From: Candidatus Azotimanducaceae bacterium
GTDB lineage: Bacteria; Pseudomonadota; Gammaproteobacteria; Pseudomonadales; Azotimanducaceae
NCBI GenBank assembly: GCA_965217655.1
Contig: OZ244560.1
Location: forward strand, 1,828,936 to 1,892,935
DNA: 64,000 nucleotides
Reading direction: 5' to 3'
The notes under the pieces were generated by a model. The model saw only the letters and a program-made list of their open reading frames with translations, was not told the DNA's origin and did not search any database. Both the position numbers and the translations under genes were made by a program. This document shows positions 30,101-39,985 of the stretch, one piece after another (within the stretch, counting starts at the first letter, position 1; every line of letters starts with the position of its first letter).

Positions 30101-30231
30101 AAGGAACAGACTTGACTCAAAGTGAACAAATGAGATAGAAAAGACGAAAAGAAATGCATGAGAGAACCGAGCGTTCATTCATTACCAGTATGAATGTTCA
30201 TTTTGACCGGTATACCCACCAAGGCCATTAG

Positions 30232-31713
30232 ATGAATGATTCTGAGAAATTGGTATCCCTGAGTGAAGGTACTCAAGTTATTCTTCAGAACGGAAGAGTA
30301 GTTCGAATAACTAAAGAACTAGTAAACGCTTTTCGTCCGGGGGATAAGTTGGTTGCTCTCCAAAAAACTGGTGAGATCAAACTGATTCCATCTAGTGAGT
30401 CAATGATTGCAGAAGCAGCGGTTTCTAATGCACTTGACGGCTTTCACAGAATGCGATCAGTATCAAGTCACCAAATAGGACATTTTTTTGATCATGTTGC
30501 TCGACTCTTAGATAACGAGGGAAACTGGCGCCAGATATGTAGAGCAAACAAAGTTGATGTGGATAGAACTGTAGCGAGGAAGCGGCCTGTAGATAGGTTA
30601 TTAACAACCAGCAAACTGCGAAGGTCCATGATATCAGGCGTTAATACATGGAAACAGTTTATTTCTACTCAAGAAATGCCAACGGAAGTTATTAACCACG
30701 CTGAATTTAGAGTTGAGGTTTTCAAGGCGCCGTTGGGGGTGGTCGCCTTCGTTTTCGAAGGTCGACCCAACGTACTTATTGATGCTTGTGGAGTTCTATC
30801 GAACGGAAATTCTGTCGTTTTCCGGATAGGTAGTGATGCTATAGAAACAGCTCGGACCATTATGAACACTGTAATCGAACCGGCTTTGGATCTTTCAGGC
30901 CTTCCTAAAGGGGCAATTACCATGGTTGATAGCACCACCCATGCTTCGGCATGGGCTTTATTTGGAGATGACCGAATTTCCCTTGCAGTAGCTCGTGGGT
31001 CTGGTGAAACGACTATTACTTTGGGAGCGATAGCGATGCAGCAGGGCATTCCGGTTAGTTTGCACGGGAAAGGCGGCGCGTGGATAGTGGTAGGTGAGGC
31101 TATTAACGAAGATGTAGTGGAACACGCAGTATCAAATTCTGTAGATCGAAAAGTCTGCAACACACTAAACACTCTCTGTCTGGTGAGATCGGTAGCCGAG
31201 AAATTTGTCCCAGTCGTGATTAGGGCGTTAGAAAAAAAACATGAAACGTTTAGGATTCATGTGGTACACGGTGGCGAATCCTTTATAAACAGCTCGTTAT
31301 TCAAAAAGAAGGTTGTAGTTACTAGGTTCGGAGTCGATCACGAAGAGTTTCAGGTTGATGCTGTATCTTTGAAATCAGTGGGTACCGAATGGGACTGGGA
31401 GGAAAACCCAGAGATTACTCTTGTTGTGATTGACGATGTTAATGAAGGAATTGAACTTTTTAACAAGTATAGTCCCAAGTTCGTTGCTTCATTACTAAGT
31501 AGCTGTTCTGAAGAACGACAAAACTTTTACGACCGCATCGAAGCTCCTTTTGTTGGTGACGATTATACTAGGTGGGTAGATGGCCAACTTGCCCTCAAAA
31601 AACCGGAACTTGGTTTATCAAACTGGCAGTTAGGAAGGTTATTCTCCCGAGGTGGGATTCTTTCCGGTGATGGTGTTTACACTCTTCGAACGAGATACTA
31701 CAAAAAGTCGTAG
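30232..31713 (+). CDS. Divergent gamma-glutamyl phosphate reductase (ProA)-like aldehyde dehydrogenase with an N-terminal extension of about 60 aa
   Basis: KAPLGVVAFVFEGRPNVLIDACGVLSNGNSVVFRIGSDA aligns with ProA PLGVIGVIYEARPNVTVD..GNAVILRGG. RKVCNTLNTLCLV aligns with the ProA catalytic Cys motif. The C-terminal GLSNWQLGRLFSRGG aligns with the STQKLHARGP region. Confidence 0.65.
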   Translation: MNDSEKLVSLSEGTQVILQNGRVVRITKELVNAFRPGDKLVALQKTGEIKLIPSSESMIAEAAVSNALDGFHRMRSVSSHQIGHFFDHVARLLDNEGNWRQICRANKVDVDRTVARKRPVDRLLTTSKLRRSMISGVNTWKQFISTQEMPTEVINHAEFRVEVFKAPLGVVAFVFEGRPNVLIDACGVLSNGNSVVFRIGSDAIETARTIMNTVIEPALDLSGLPKGAITMVDSTTHASAWALFGDDRISLAVARGSGETTITLGAIAMQQGIPVSLHGKGGAWIVVGEAINEDVVEHAVSNSVDRKVCNTLNTLCLVRSVAEKFVPVVIRALEKKHETFRIHVVHGGESFINSSLFKKKVVVTRFGVDHEEFQVDAVSLKSVGTEWDWEENPEITLVVIDDVNEGIELFNKYSPKFVASLLSSCSEERQNFYDRIEAPFVGDDYTRWVDGQLALKKPELGLSNWQLGRLFSRGGILSGDGVYTLRTRYYKKS

Positions 31714-32103
31714 GAATTTCCAGGTTTGATGATTCTTGACGGTCTTCTTCAATCGCTTAGAGACACTTCTGATAGCATCCATGCGCTTACATCTGAACGT
31801 ATGCCTGCAATAAATTTACCCTAAAGGTCAAAGCGCTTTGTACACAATTGGGATGAATACTCAAGGTCATTTTAAGTGTTGACATCCAATTTTTCCATGA
31901 TACCTTCTTGCTGCGATTGTCTTGTAGAGAGCATTGCCAGTTGTAATAAGTATACAGCCTTACTTCTCTTGCGATCTGAAAAGCCAAGACTATAGTAGTC
32001 CCTTATTTCCAGAGGAGTTCACGCCAAAACAAATGAGAAATGGAGTAAATTCGTTTTGACCCATAGAGTGGGATTGTTTCCATCATGGGCATGAGGCTAT
32101 TTC

Positions 32104-33330
32104 ATGGGCACTAATACCTTAACCTTAATCAATCACTTGAAAAATGGCACGCCTCTTGAGGGGCGTTTCTCCAACATTAAAGTTGTTAATCGTAACGCTA
32201 CCACTGGTGAAATGGATCTTGGACATCAAGGTTCCCTCTCTGTAATATTTCACGCCATCGATGAGACAACTCAAAAAGAGGTCGCGCTAAAATTCTTTGA
32301 CCCAGATCGCCTTGGGCTTAGCGCAAAGTATCGAATGGACCTTTTTGAGCGCGAAGCGAAGTTACTTGGGCAATTCGTAGAAAGGCCCCGATTTTTGCAG
32401 CTAATCAAGCCACTTTCCGAGATAACGATCTCTGCAACTGAAGAGAATGGAAATTCAATAACAGTCCAATGCGCTTATTTTGTTATCGAGTGGTTAGATG
32501 GAGATATAACCAAGTATTTTTTGAGACAAAATGAATATGATGCTCTTGTCAAGCTATCGCTATTTAGACAAATTGTTTTAGGTGTGATTTCGCTACACAG
32601 TGAGAAAGTCGCACACCGGGATATCAAAAGCGACAATTTAAGACAAACGGTCAAAAATAATAGAGAAATGACTATTGCTATCGATTTTGGTACAGCTATC
32701 CAGCTTGATTCAACTCCCATCGGAACAATCAGCGATTATTCATCTGCAGTTGGTGCAAACTGGTTCGCGCCCATTGAAGCCAGGGTAGGACTCGCGGGCA
32801 TTCGCGAAGTTGCTATTTATTCCGACATATACGCAGTGGGCTGCATTCTGCATGATTTATTTAACATCGAATATTTTACTCAAAGACTAAATATGGATGC
32901 TGGATATATAAACTGTTTGGGCTCATGCTTCGGACATATCTCAACAATTCAACAAAACAGCATAAGTGACAAAGACCTTATTAAAGAATTTGAACGTATT
33001 TTAAACCTTACACGAAATCAGGTCGTTTTGCCCGGAATTGATAGTGCCGACACAAGTGTACCTAATGCCGCCAGAGATCAACTAAGCCGTCTTCTCCATA
33101 AACTCACTAACATTGATTACAAACATCGAGAACATAACTTGCAGGGAATATTAAAAATGATTGATTCTGCAACCAGAAGCATAAAAAACGAGCTTATGGA
33201 TCGTAAAAAACTGGATCAACGTAGAATAAAACGAGATCAAAGCAAACTGAAATTGCAACGTAAAAATGCTAGATTAGATGAGTACCTCTCTGAAGGGCAA
33301 GGAGGAATACCACATGCTGGTACCCAATGA
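32104..33330 (+). CDS. Eukaryotic-like Ser/Thr protein kinase (kinase domain plus charged coiled C-tail)
   Basis: G-loop LGHQGSLSV, VALK (Lys63), alpha-C Glu (FEREAKLL), HRDIKSDNL (171-179), IDFGTA (DFG) and WFAPIE (APE-like). Confidence 0.85.
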   Translation: MGTNTLTLINHLKNGTPLEGRFSNIKVVNRNATTGEMDLGHQGSLSVIFHAIDETTQKEVALKFFDPDRLGLSAKYRMDLFEREAKLLGQFVERPRFLQLIKPLSEITISATEENGNSITVQCAYFVIEWLDGDITKYFLRQNEYDALVKLSLFRQIVLGVISLHSEKVAHRDIKSDNLRQTVKNNREMTIAIDFGTAIQLDSTPIGTISDYSSAVGANWFAPIEARVGLAGIREVAIYSDIYAVGCILHDLFNIEYFTQRLNMDAGYINCLGSCFGHISTIQQNSISDKDLIKEFERILNLTRNQVVLPGIDSADTSVPNAARDQLSRLLHKLTNIDYKHREHNLQGILKMIDSATRSIKNELMDRKKLDQRRIKRDQSKLKLQRKNARLDEYLSEGQGGIPHAGTQ

Positions 33331-35158
33331 AACTTCTAAAGTAGAGGAGTTAATGCCGAGGGAAGAACCTTCTGTAGTTGATATAGGTCCAGAAACACAT
33401 CCCAGCAGCCGCGCGACTCTACCCCCGGTCGTTCAGCTTCAGAAAGGCATGCAAAAAGTAACCCCCATGCTTGAAAAAGTTGACTCTGAATTTCAAAGCG
33501 CAATGGAAATGGCGGGAAAGGCAGAACTTGACAGTCTTTTGAGCCGTTATGATGAATTTAAAGATTCTGAAAACTATTTGGCTAAAGTGTCCAGCCTCGC
33601 GGTCGCGTGTGGTCGATTCGATATCGCCCGGGAATATGCACAACAAGCGATGCTCCAGACCGACAAGAACGATAGTTTCAAGTACAGGCTCGCTGAAGTT
33701 GCCATGTATGAGAACGAAATCACAACAGCAGAATCAATTTTTAAGGAACTCGCCAAGTCAGGTCATCTTCTTGCTTGCCTGAGAATGGTCGAACTGTCGG
33801 TCACTAATTCAAAATTAATAAATGCACACGAATGGCTTTTGAAGGCGATTAGAATTGACGAAACTGACTGGAGAGTTCAAATGCTCGCCGGAACGTTGGC
33901 ATTAATTCAGGGGAAATCGGCCAAAGCAATTCGTTATTTTCGCGCTACGCTTGACGAGAGGCCAAGGTCAGTACAACTTTACTATTACATGGCTTTAGGA
34001 CACATCTCCGCTGGACATTCTGGGCAAGCACTAAAGGCGCTCCGTAAAGCTGTTGGCCTGAATCCCTTTGAAAAAAAGGCATTGATGGCATGGACCGATC
34101 TCTGTGTTGATAAAAAGATGGGTCTCGATAACGTATCGATAGCATTATCGCGGTATCTGGAGTTAATTCCCAACGACAAGCCCATGATAGAAAGACTGGC
34201 CTATATCCTGCTTGAGAAAAACGACAAAAGGAATTTAAGAAAGTTATTAGGGGAAGCCCGAAAAAACAATGATGACGCTATTGTTTCAAACAGTTTGGGT
34301 GTACTCGCGTTTAGGTCCAGGAACGTACCACTAGCCGTGCAAGAATTTCGGCGAGCCATCGAATTAGCAGAGGGTTTAATTGATATTGAATACAGTAGAG
34401 TTCGCACAATAGCGACTGCAAATCTTATCAATTCCCTCCTTGACCTTAAAAAATATAAAGATGCAGAGCGTATATCGAGGGCATTTTTAAAATCCCATGG
34501 GGAGAATTATTTACTCAACGATGAATTTGGAAATCGTATAGCAGATGGATTGGTACGTGCGCTATCGAATTTACTCAAACAAGATCAAGCTGTCTCACTT
34601 GCGGAACGATGGATAGCCAAACAAACCCATCCAGACCTCTATATCAGCCTTGCAGAATTTCTAGTTTGCAACTTCACACTTAAAGATATTCAATTGGACA
34701 AAGCTTATCATTACGCCCTTGAGGCATATAAGTTACAATGGACCAAGCCACAAAAAAATTTGGCGAAATTGAATTGGGCACTGAATAATCTAGTATTTAC
34801 ACTGATCGAGATGGACAAATATGAGGAGGCGAAATATTACATTTCGCACTTTAGGTCAGATTCACCTGAACCAAACACTTATGGATATGCGACTCGCGGA
34901 CTTCTAGCAATTCGCCTCGGTCAGGTTGAAAAAGGAGAAAGTCTCTATCGGCAAGCAATGTTAAGAGTACAAGATGACATGAAAGGCACATTTCGACGAA
35001 AACTAAATTGGGAATTAGGCAATCATTTTCTGGACAGGGGGGACGTTCGTAAAGCGAAACGCCATCTTAAGAAAGTCGTTACAGAAAGGGCAGAAAGTGT
35101 TTGGTCCATGGATCATCTACGTGCACAAGCAAAAATCAAACTTGCCAAAATTTCATGA
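33314..35158 (+). CDS. Large TPR-repeat protein
   Basis: The ATG at 33314 is preceded by AAGGAGGAA and overlaps the kinase 3' end by 17 nt. There are many 34-aa TPR-like units (for example AIRYFRATLDERPRSVQLYYYMALGHISAGHSGQALKALRKAVGLNP). Confidence 0.8.
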   Translation: MLVPNETSKVEELMPREEPSVVDIGPETHPSSRATLPPVVQLQKGMQKVTPMLEKVDSEFQSAMEMAGKAELDSLLSRYDEFKDSENYLAKVSSLAVACGRFDIAREYAQQAMLQTDKNDSFKYRLAEVAMYENEITTAESIFKELAKSGHLLACLRMVELSVTNSKLINAHEWLLKAIRIDETDWRVQMLAGTLALIQGKSAKAIRYFRATLDERPRSVQLYYYMALGHISAGHSGQALKALRKAVGLNPFEKKALMAWTDLCVDKKMGLDNVSIALSRYLELIPNDKPMIERLAYILLEKNDKRNLRKLLGEARKNNDDAIVSNSLGVLAFRSRNVPLAVQEFRRAIELAEGLIDIEYSRVRTIATANLINSLLDLKKYKDAERISRAFLKSHGENYLLNDEFGNRIADGLVRALSNLLKQDQAVSLAERWIAKQTHPDLYISLAEFLVCNFTLKDIQLDKAYHYALEAYKLQWTKPQKNLAKLNWALNNLVFTLIEMDKYEEAKYYISHFRSDSPEPNTYGYATRGLLAIRLGQVEKGESLYRQAMLRVQDDMKGTFRRKLNWELGNHFLDRGDVRKAKRHLKKVVTERAESVWSMDHLRAQAKIKLAKIS

Positions 35159-35169
35159 CCTAATTACAC

Positions 35170-35595
35170 GCACGCCACGAGCGCGCCTCGACGGTGTTGA
35201 CGTCGAATAAGGGTTTCGAAGACTGGGGCAGTGTACTTGGGGACGAGGTCATGGCCGCGGCGTTGATTGATCGTCTCCGGCACCACTTCCACATCGTCAA
35301 CATTCGGGGTAACAGCTACCGGATGCGGGCGCATCAGGATCTGCTACGTGTCGGGGCCGAGGAAGACGGTATCCGGGCAGGTGCCACATGAGCAGGTTCT
35401 TACGCTCCGGCGCGCGTTGCGATCTGGACGTCGGACGCTCCGCTCCCTTCGCCCAATGCCATGGGCAGCACTCCCCGCAGTGATCGGACCAGTGATGTGC
35501 ACGGACAGAGGACAGACCAAAAGGGGACATTTTAACTTTGGACAAAAGGGGACATTTTAACTTTGGTTTGACACAATTTTCGATTGACATTGACA
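35170..35595 (+). mobile_element. IS21-family 3' remnant (istB tail plus terminal repeats)
   Basis: TVLTSNKGFEDWGSVLGDEVMAAALIDRLRHHFHIVNIRGNSYRMR is a canonical IstB C-terminus. It is followed by two direct copies of AAAAGGGGACATTTTAACTTTGG (about 35518-35566) and an end ...TTGACATTGACA (reverse complement TGTCAATGTCAA), as at IS21 termini. Confidence 0.75.
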
Positions 35596-35754
35596 GCAAA
35601 TACCACCAACGAATACCATTCTCCTTCCGACTTGGCACCACCGAGAGGCATTTCGAATTCGACGCTGCCCAAAGTCTCGCCGGTCTTCCAAAATTCAATC
35701 AATTTTTACCGCCATTAACTTACAGAGACCCGCCTCCGCTTAGAGAGTCTGATT

Positions 35755-37485
35755 ATGTTGCAAATTGCGTCCGGAAAACTCTTTACCAACGAACCGAGAC
35801 AGCGCAACGAACTACGCGGTGTCCTCCATACAAATCTCTTAATCTTGCCTGGCACCCATATAGAAACTAAGGCTGGCCGACTTTTGCCAACTAATGCCAA
35901 TTCGAAAAACAGTAGCCAATTGATCTACGAATTTACTGAATTGATCGAAGATGAGCCATCTCCAGGTGTGATAGCTTCACATGGAATCGACGCGTATGCT
36001 CACGATTTCGCGGCGGTCGTTTCACTAGGTCTCAATGTAGTGTGTACAGTAGAACCTAATGATACTGATCGATTAATCGGATACCAACGTAGCACGAAGC
36101 TCTTATACTCACCCAGTTCCTTTATCCCAAGGGTGTTTGACCAGGCAGTTTGGCTCAAGCAAGAAGAGATTGAACCGTTTATTCACTTTGTCAATAGCCT
36201 TGTTGCGCTGAATCGTAAAGCCTTCCTTGCTGCTATACGCGCAATTCGCACATACGTTGTCGCTTTGCAAAGGCTCCCGGACGATCCAGATCTAGCTTAT
36301 ACGCTGCTCGTCGCTTCAGTCGAATCATTAGCACAGAAATTCGACAATTTTCAGCCTAAGTGGGCCGACTACAACCATGCGAAGAAGAAAAGCATAGATG
36401 ACGCATTAGTTAACGCTGACCGTGCTACAAAGCAGAGCGTGCGCCAGGCATTGCTAAGAACTGAACATCTGTTATTGGCACGAAGGTTTCGGGAATTTTC
36501 GATCGCACATGTAGGCCCTGACTACTTTCGAGAGGAAGCGCTGAATGTGGAGATGCCAGCCAGTCGCCCCGACTTAGAAGAAGCGTTGCAAGGCGCGTAC
36601 AGGATACGCTCCCGCTTTGTACACAATTTGCGCGAGCTTCCCCGGCCGTTGCTTATTAGTCAAATACAGAGAGATACTACCTGTGTAGAAGGCAAAACGC
36701 TGTTTACATTTCGTGGAATCGCGCGTCTTGCACGGCACGTGATTATAGAATTTATTCAGCGACAACCAAAGGTAGAGAAAGAGAAATACGACTATCGTGA
36801 CGAGCGATATGGGATTGTTAATGTTACCCTAGCGCCACAATATTGGATCGGAAGGCCCGACAGTGTAAGGCTGGATTCTGGCACCAAAAGATTACAAGGT
36901 TTTTTGGAGCAGGTATCTTCTTGTTTCAAAAAAAACAAGGGTGCAGCAATAACCGATCTTCGGCCCATGCTCCAACTGGCGGAAAAACTCTTTGTTTCGC
37001 CAAACCCCAAGCAGCGACGTCCCATGCTTGCCCTCTATTTTCTGTTCAACGGACTGAGACCCAAAGAAGGGCGCATGCCAAACCTCGCAGCCGTTGAGAC
37101 CAAGTATCTTACGGAGATGGAAACTCCTTCAATTGAGGCGATGTTTGTTCACTTGGTTGTACAAGTACGTCCAAACTGGTCCTTAGACACGTACCAAAGG
37201 CTACATGATTGTTACTTTGAACAAAGGAAAAACAAGGACGGACTTATGGTTCCACGCACTTTCGAGGCCGGTATTGCATTAGAATTGGCGGAACGGTATA
37301 GACTTGAAGGTGATTTCAAGGTGGCCAAGGATTCTGTCGCTAACGCAGTTGAATACTTTCCAGAACATAAGCCGCTCCAACTGATGGAAAACAATCTCAA
37401 CCCGGATGACACGATCAATTGGTTCGATGTCATTTTCCCTGACAGCAAAGCAACAATCAAAACTGGCTCTGATACTTCTTCGTAA
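35755..37485 (+). CDS. Hypothetical 576-aa protein with a putative HEPN-like (Rx4H) domain
   Basis: AYTLLVASVESLAQKF and, about 90 aa later, GAYRIRSRFVHNL (aromatic-x2-RSxxxH). This resembles the helix-1 acidic plus Rx4-6H signature of Apea/RiboL-PSP/Abi-type HEPN families. The C-terminal half is unrecognised. Confidence 0.45.
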   Translation: MLQIASGKLFTNEPRQRNELRGVLHTNLLILPGTHIETKAGRLLPTNANSKNSSQLIYEFTELIEDEPSPGVIASHGIDAYAHDFAAVVSLGLNVVCTVEPNDTDRLIGYQRSTKLLYSPSSFIPRVFDQAVWLKQEEIEPFIHFVNSLVALNRKAFLAAIRAIRTYVVALQRLPDDPDLAYTLLVASVESLAQKFDNFQPKWADYNHAKKKSIDDALVNADRATKQSVRQALLRTEHLLLARRFREFSIAHVGPDYFREEALNVEMPASRPDLEEALQGAYRIRSRFVHNLRELPRPLLISQIQRDTTCVEGKTLFTFRGIARLARHVIIEFIQRQPKVEKEKYDYRDERYGIVNVTLAPQYWIGRPDSVRLDSGTKRLQGFLEQVSSCFKKNKGAAITDLRPMLQLAEKLFVSPNPKQRRPMLALYFLFNGLRPKEGRMPNLAAVETKYLTEMETPSIEAMFVHLVVQVRPNWSLDTYQRLHDCYFEQRKNKDGLMVPRTFEAGIALELAERYRLEGDFKVAKDSVANAVEYFPEHKPLQLMENNLNPDDTINWFDVIFPDSKATIKTGSDTSS

Positions 37486-37648
37486 TAACAGCCGACTAAG
37501 TGTCATCTAGAACTGCAATGTAACGAGACGGAATGCATCAATGCTGCTATGGAGTGTGCAGTCAACTGCTTGTTGGCGCCTTACATTGATCTTGTCGAAA
37601 TCACTGGTTCCAGTTGCTGCAGCATTAGTGCATTACCGAAGGCCCTCG

Positions 37649-38035
37649 CTAGTCGTCATCGTTACCAATCACATATAGCGATGTGACAACGACACTATAG
37701 GTCGCAAGCGGCAGCAGCAAGTACCGATAGAACCAGTGGACATCAGTTGGAACCATGTACGCGACGCCCCCAAATAGAGCCGCCAACGCCAAAAAACTGA
37801 ACAACCCATACTGCCAATCCTCCACTCGGCGAACAGCCTCCACAACGCCGATAGTCGATAGAATTAACCAGGGCAACCCCATGATCATAACCAAGGCAAA
37901 TCGGTGTTCGGTGGCTGAGAGAGAAGGGTTGGCTTGAGTCTCCGAAAGAATGGTCGCTACACGATCAACAAGCGAGTCGGCCAGCGGTGCAATCCTTGCA
38001 TCTTCCGAGGAAGATAAACCATCAAGGTCTTTCAA
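37649..38035 (-). CDS. Small hypothetical membrane protein
   Basis: 128 aa with 3-4 predicted TM helices and a TTG start. No motif recognised. Confidence 0.4.
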   Translation of the reverse strand: MKDLDGLSSSEDARIAPLADSLVDRVATILSETQANPSLSATEHRFALVMIMGLPWLILSTIGVVEAVRRVEDWQYGLFSFLALAALFGGVAYMVPTDVHWFYRYLLLPLATYSVVVTSLYVIGNDDD

Positions 38036-38140
38036 TATCGCAGTCGCCCTAGCCCAAGTTTAACAGTCTATTTTAAAACTATATGAATATCAATATGTTA
38101 TGATGACAAAAAAGTTGTTCTGGCACTACAAATGGAAAAT

Positions 38141-39985
38141 CTAGCCTGTTTCTGGTGTTTTTTTCCTCAGTTCGATGACCGCCTTTTGGATCCCACCAGG
38201 TGACTCGCTAATGCCAAGCGCCTGGTAAATCTCGCGTTGTGCAGTCTCGGCGACCGTGGCTTTACGGACATGCAACGCACAGTCATCAGCGCGGCGGAAG
38301 GTTGCGGTAATGCGCTGCTGACCATTCAGGATGCGGCGCAACAGGGTCCAGCTTTCACTTTGCCCGTGCTGCCGCAGTCGGCGTCGTATGACCTGCACGA
38401 GCTGGTAGGCAAGCACGGTGATAAACAGATGACCTTCGGTGCGCAGGGCTTTGTGATGATAGATCGGGCGCAGCCCCAGTTCGGACTTCAATGACCGGAA
38501 CACGGCTTCCAGATCAGTCAGCGTGATGTACGTGCGCCACAGGGTTTCCTCATCCCAGTCGGTTTGGTTGCTGCGCAGGCAGTACACCCCCGGATGGGTC
38601 AGCATGGAGCCGTTGACCGGTTGTCGGCGCCAGTTGATGGCGATTGCCTGGGTACCGTCTTCGCTGCTGGTAACGTCAATATCGTAATGCTGCGCCACCC
38701 CGCGGCTCTTCTCCTTCAGGCGCCCAATGCGTTGCCAGATTTTATCGATGCGTTTTTGTGTACGGGGTCTTGACAGTCCTTCTGAGAGCGTCGTCAGGGC
38801 ATTCTCAAAGCGCTTGGCGAAGCGCTCAGCAATGGCCTTCTCCTTTTGTTCCCGCGCCTCGGAATAGCAATACAGACGGGTCTCCCGGCCATCTTCGGAC
38901 AGCACCTTGTGCAAGTGCACCGGCTGCTGTGTTGCCGTCGTCACCGTCATCGCCGACGCGAGATCAAAGGTGCGCTTGCGCTCGCGGCTCACCACCAGGT
39001 AGCGGTAGCTTTGCGCCGCCAGCCAAGTAATCCGATCCTGTGTGGCGATACCGCGATCCATCACCACCAGAGCACCCTTTGGGGCCTGCAGTGCGCTGAG
39101 CATCTCGGCCAGCGTGTGCGGCTCGCTGACGTTGCCAGCGAACACCTGCGAGCGCCGCACGAAGCCGCTGGCATCCAGCATGAGACCCAGTGTGAGTAGC
39201 GGACAATCACTGCGTTTCTCCTTGGAATGACCACGTTTTGCTTTCTCCTGGGCACCGGCATCCCCCTCAAAGTAGGTATTCGTCAGATCGTACAGCGTCA
39301 CCGTCGGTTGCAGATCGAACAGGGTCATTGCGGCATCAAACAAATGTTCCTCAATCGCCTTCCGATGCACCATCAGCGCGTCAGAAGCCCGGTATAGCTG
39401 CATCAGGCTGTACTTCTCGAAGTCGACCGCCAGCAAGTCGCCCAGCGCACTGGTGTCGCGCAACCAGCGGTACGTCGCACGTTCCGAACCCGGTGCCGCC
39501 AGGCGGCCAATGATCGAACCCATCGCTGCTGCCTGTTGTCTGCTGTTCAGCCCCAACTGCGCCAGTAGCGCCCGCAACCCCACCTGCTCCATCGCCCATA
39601 AAGCAACATGCTCAACCCCCACCGTGCGCGGACGAACCAGTTGCAGTGAGTCCACATCGACGCTCTGCTGGTCGCCGGTCGATGACGTGTCATCAGCGTC
39701 CGGGCTGGTTTCGGCCTGCCGGCTGATCAACTGTGCTACGATGCGTTGCGCGTGGTTATCGACCGCTTCCGGATAGTCCATGAGCGTTGCCTGACCAGCG
39801 AGCAGATCATCCAGACGTTGGTACAGCAGCGGCCACTGTGCTGGCGGCAAATCGAAGTGCGCACCGAGGTTCAACAACGTGCGTTGGCGCACTTTGTTGC
39901 CGATGCGTACGGACTTAACCAGGCGAAAGGTGAAGTAGTGATCCTGGGTACCGACGGTGCGCGTTTTGGTACGTCGAATAAACAT
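38141..39985 (-). CDS. IS1634-family (IS4 superfamily) transposase
   Basis: MFIRRTKTRTVGTQDHYFTFRLVKSVRIGNKVRQRTLLNLG is the characteristic N-terminus. The ORF is full length and GC-rich relative to its flanks. The element ends could not be defined. Confidence 0.8.
   Translation of the reverse strand: MFIRRTKTRTVGTQDHYFTFRLVKSVRIGNKVRQRTLLNLGAHFDLPPAQWPLLYQRLDDLLAGQATLMDYPEAVDNHAQRIVAQLISRQAETSPDADDTSSTGDQQSVDVDSLQLVRPRTVGVEHVALWAMEQVGLRALLAQLGLNSRQQAAAMGSIIGRLAAPGSERATYRWLRDTSALGDLLAVDFEKYSLMQLYRASDALMVHRKAIEEHLFDAAMTLFDLQPTVTLYDLTNTYFEGDAGAQEKAKRGHSKEKRSDCPLLTLGLMLDASGFVRRSQVFAGNVSEPHTLAEMLSALQAPKGALVVMDRGIATQDRITWLAAQSYRYLVVSRERKRTFDLASAMTVTTATQQPVHLHKVLSEDGRETRLYCYSEAREQKEKAIAERFAKRFENALTTLSEGLSRPRTQKRIDKIWQRIGRLKEKSRGVAQHYDIDVTSSEDGTQAIAINWRRQPVNGSMLTHPGVYCLRSNQTDWDEETLWRTYITLTDLEAVFRSLKSELGLRPIYHHKALRTEGHLFITVLAYQLVQVIRRRLRQHGQSESWTLLRRILNGQQRITATFRRADDCALHVRKATVAETAQREIYQALGISESPGGIQKAVIELRKKTPETG

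Noticed and set aside
30232-35158. Treating the ProA-like gene, the kinase and the TPR protein as one three-gene operon
   Set aside because: A 390-bp gap with a possible transposase C-terminal scrap on the opposite strand (31787..31987) separates the ProA-like gene from the kinase. Only the kinase-TPR coupling is directly supported.
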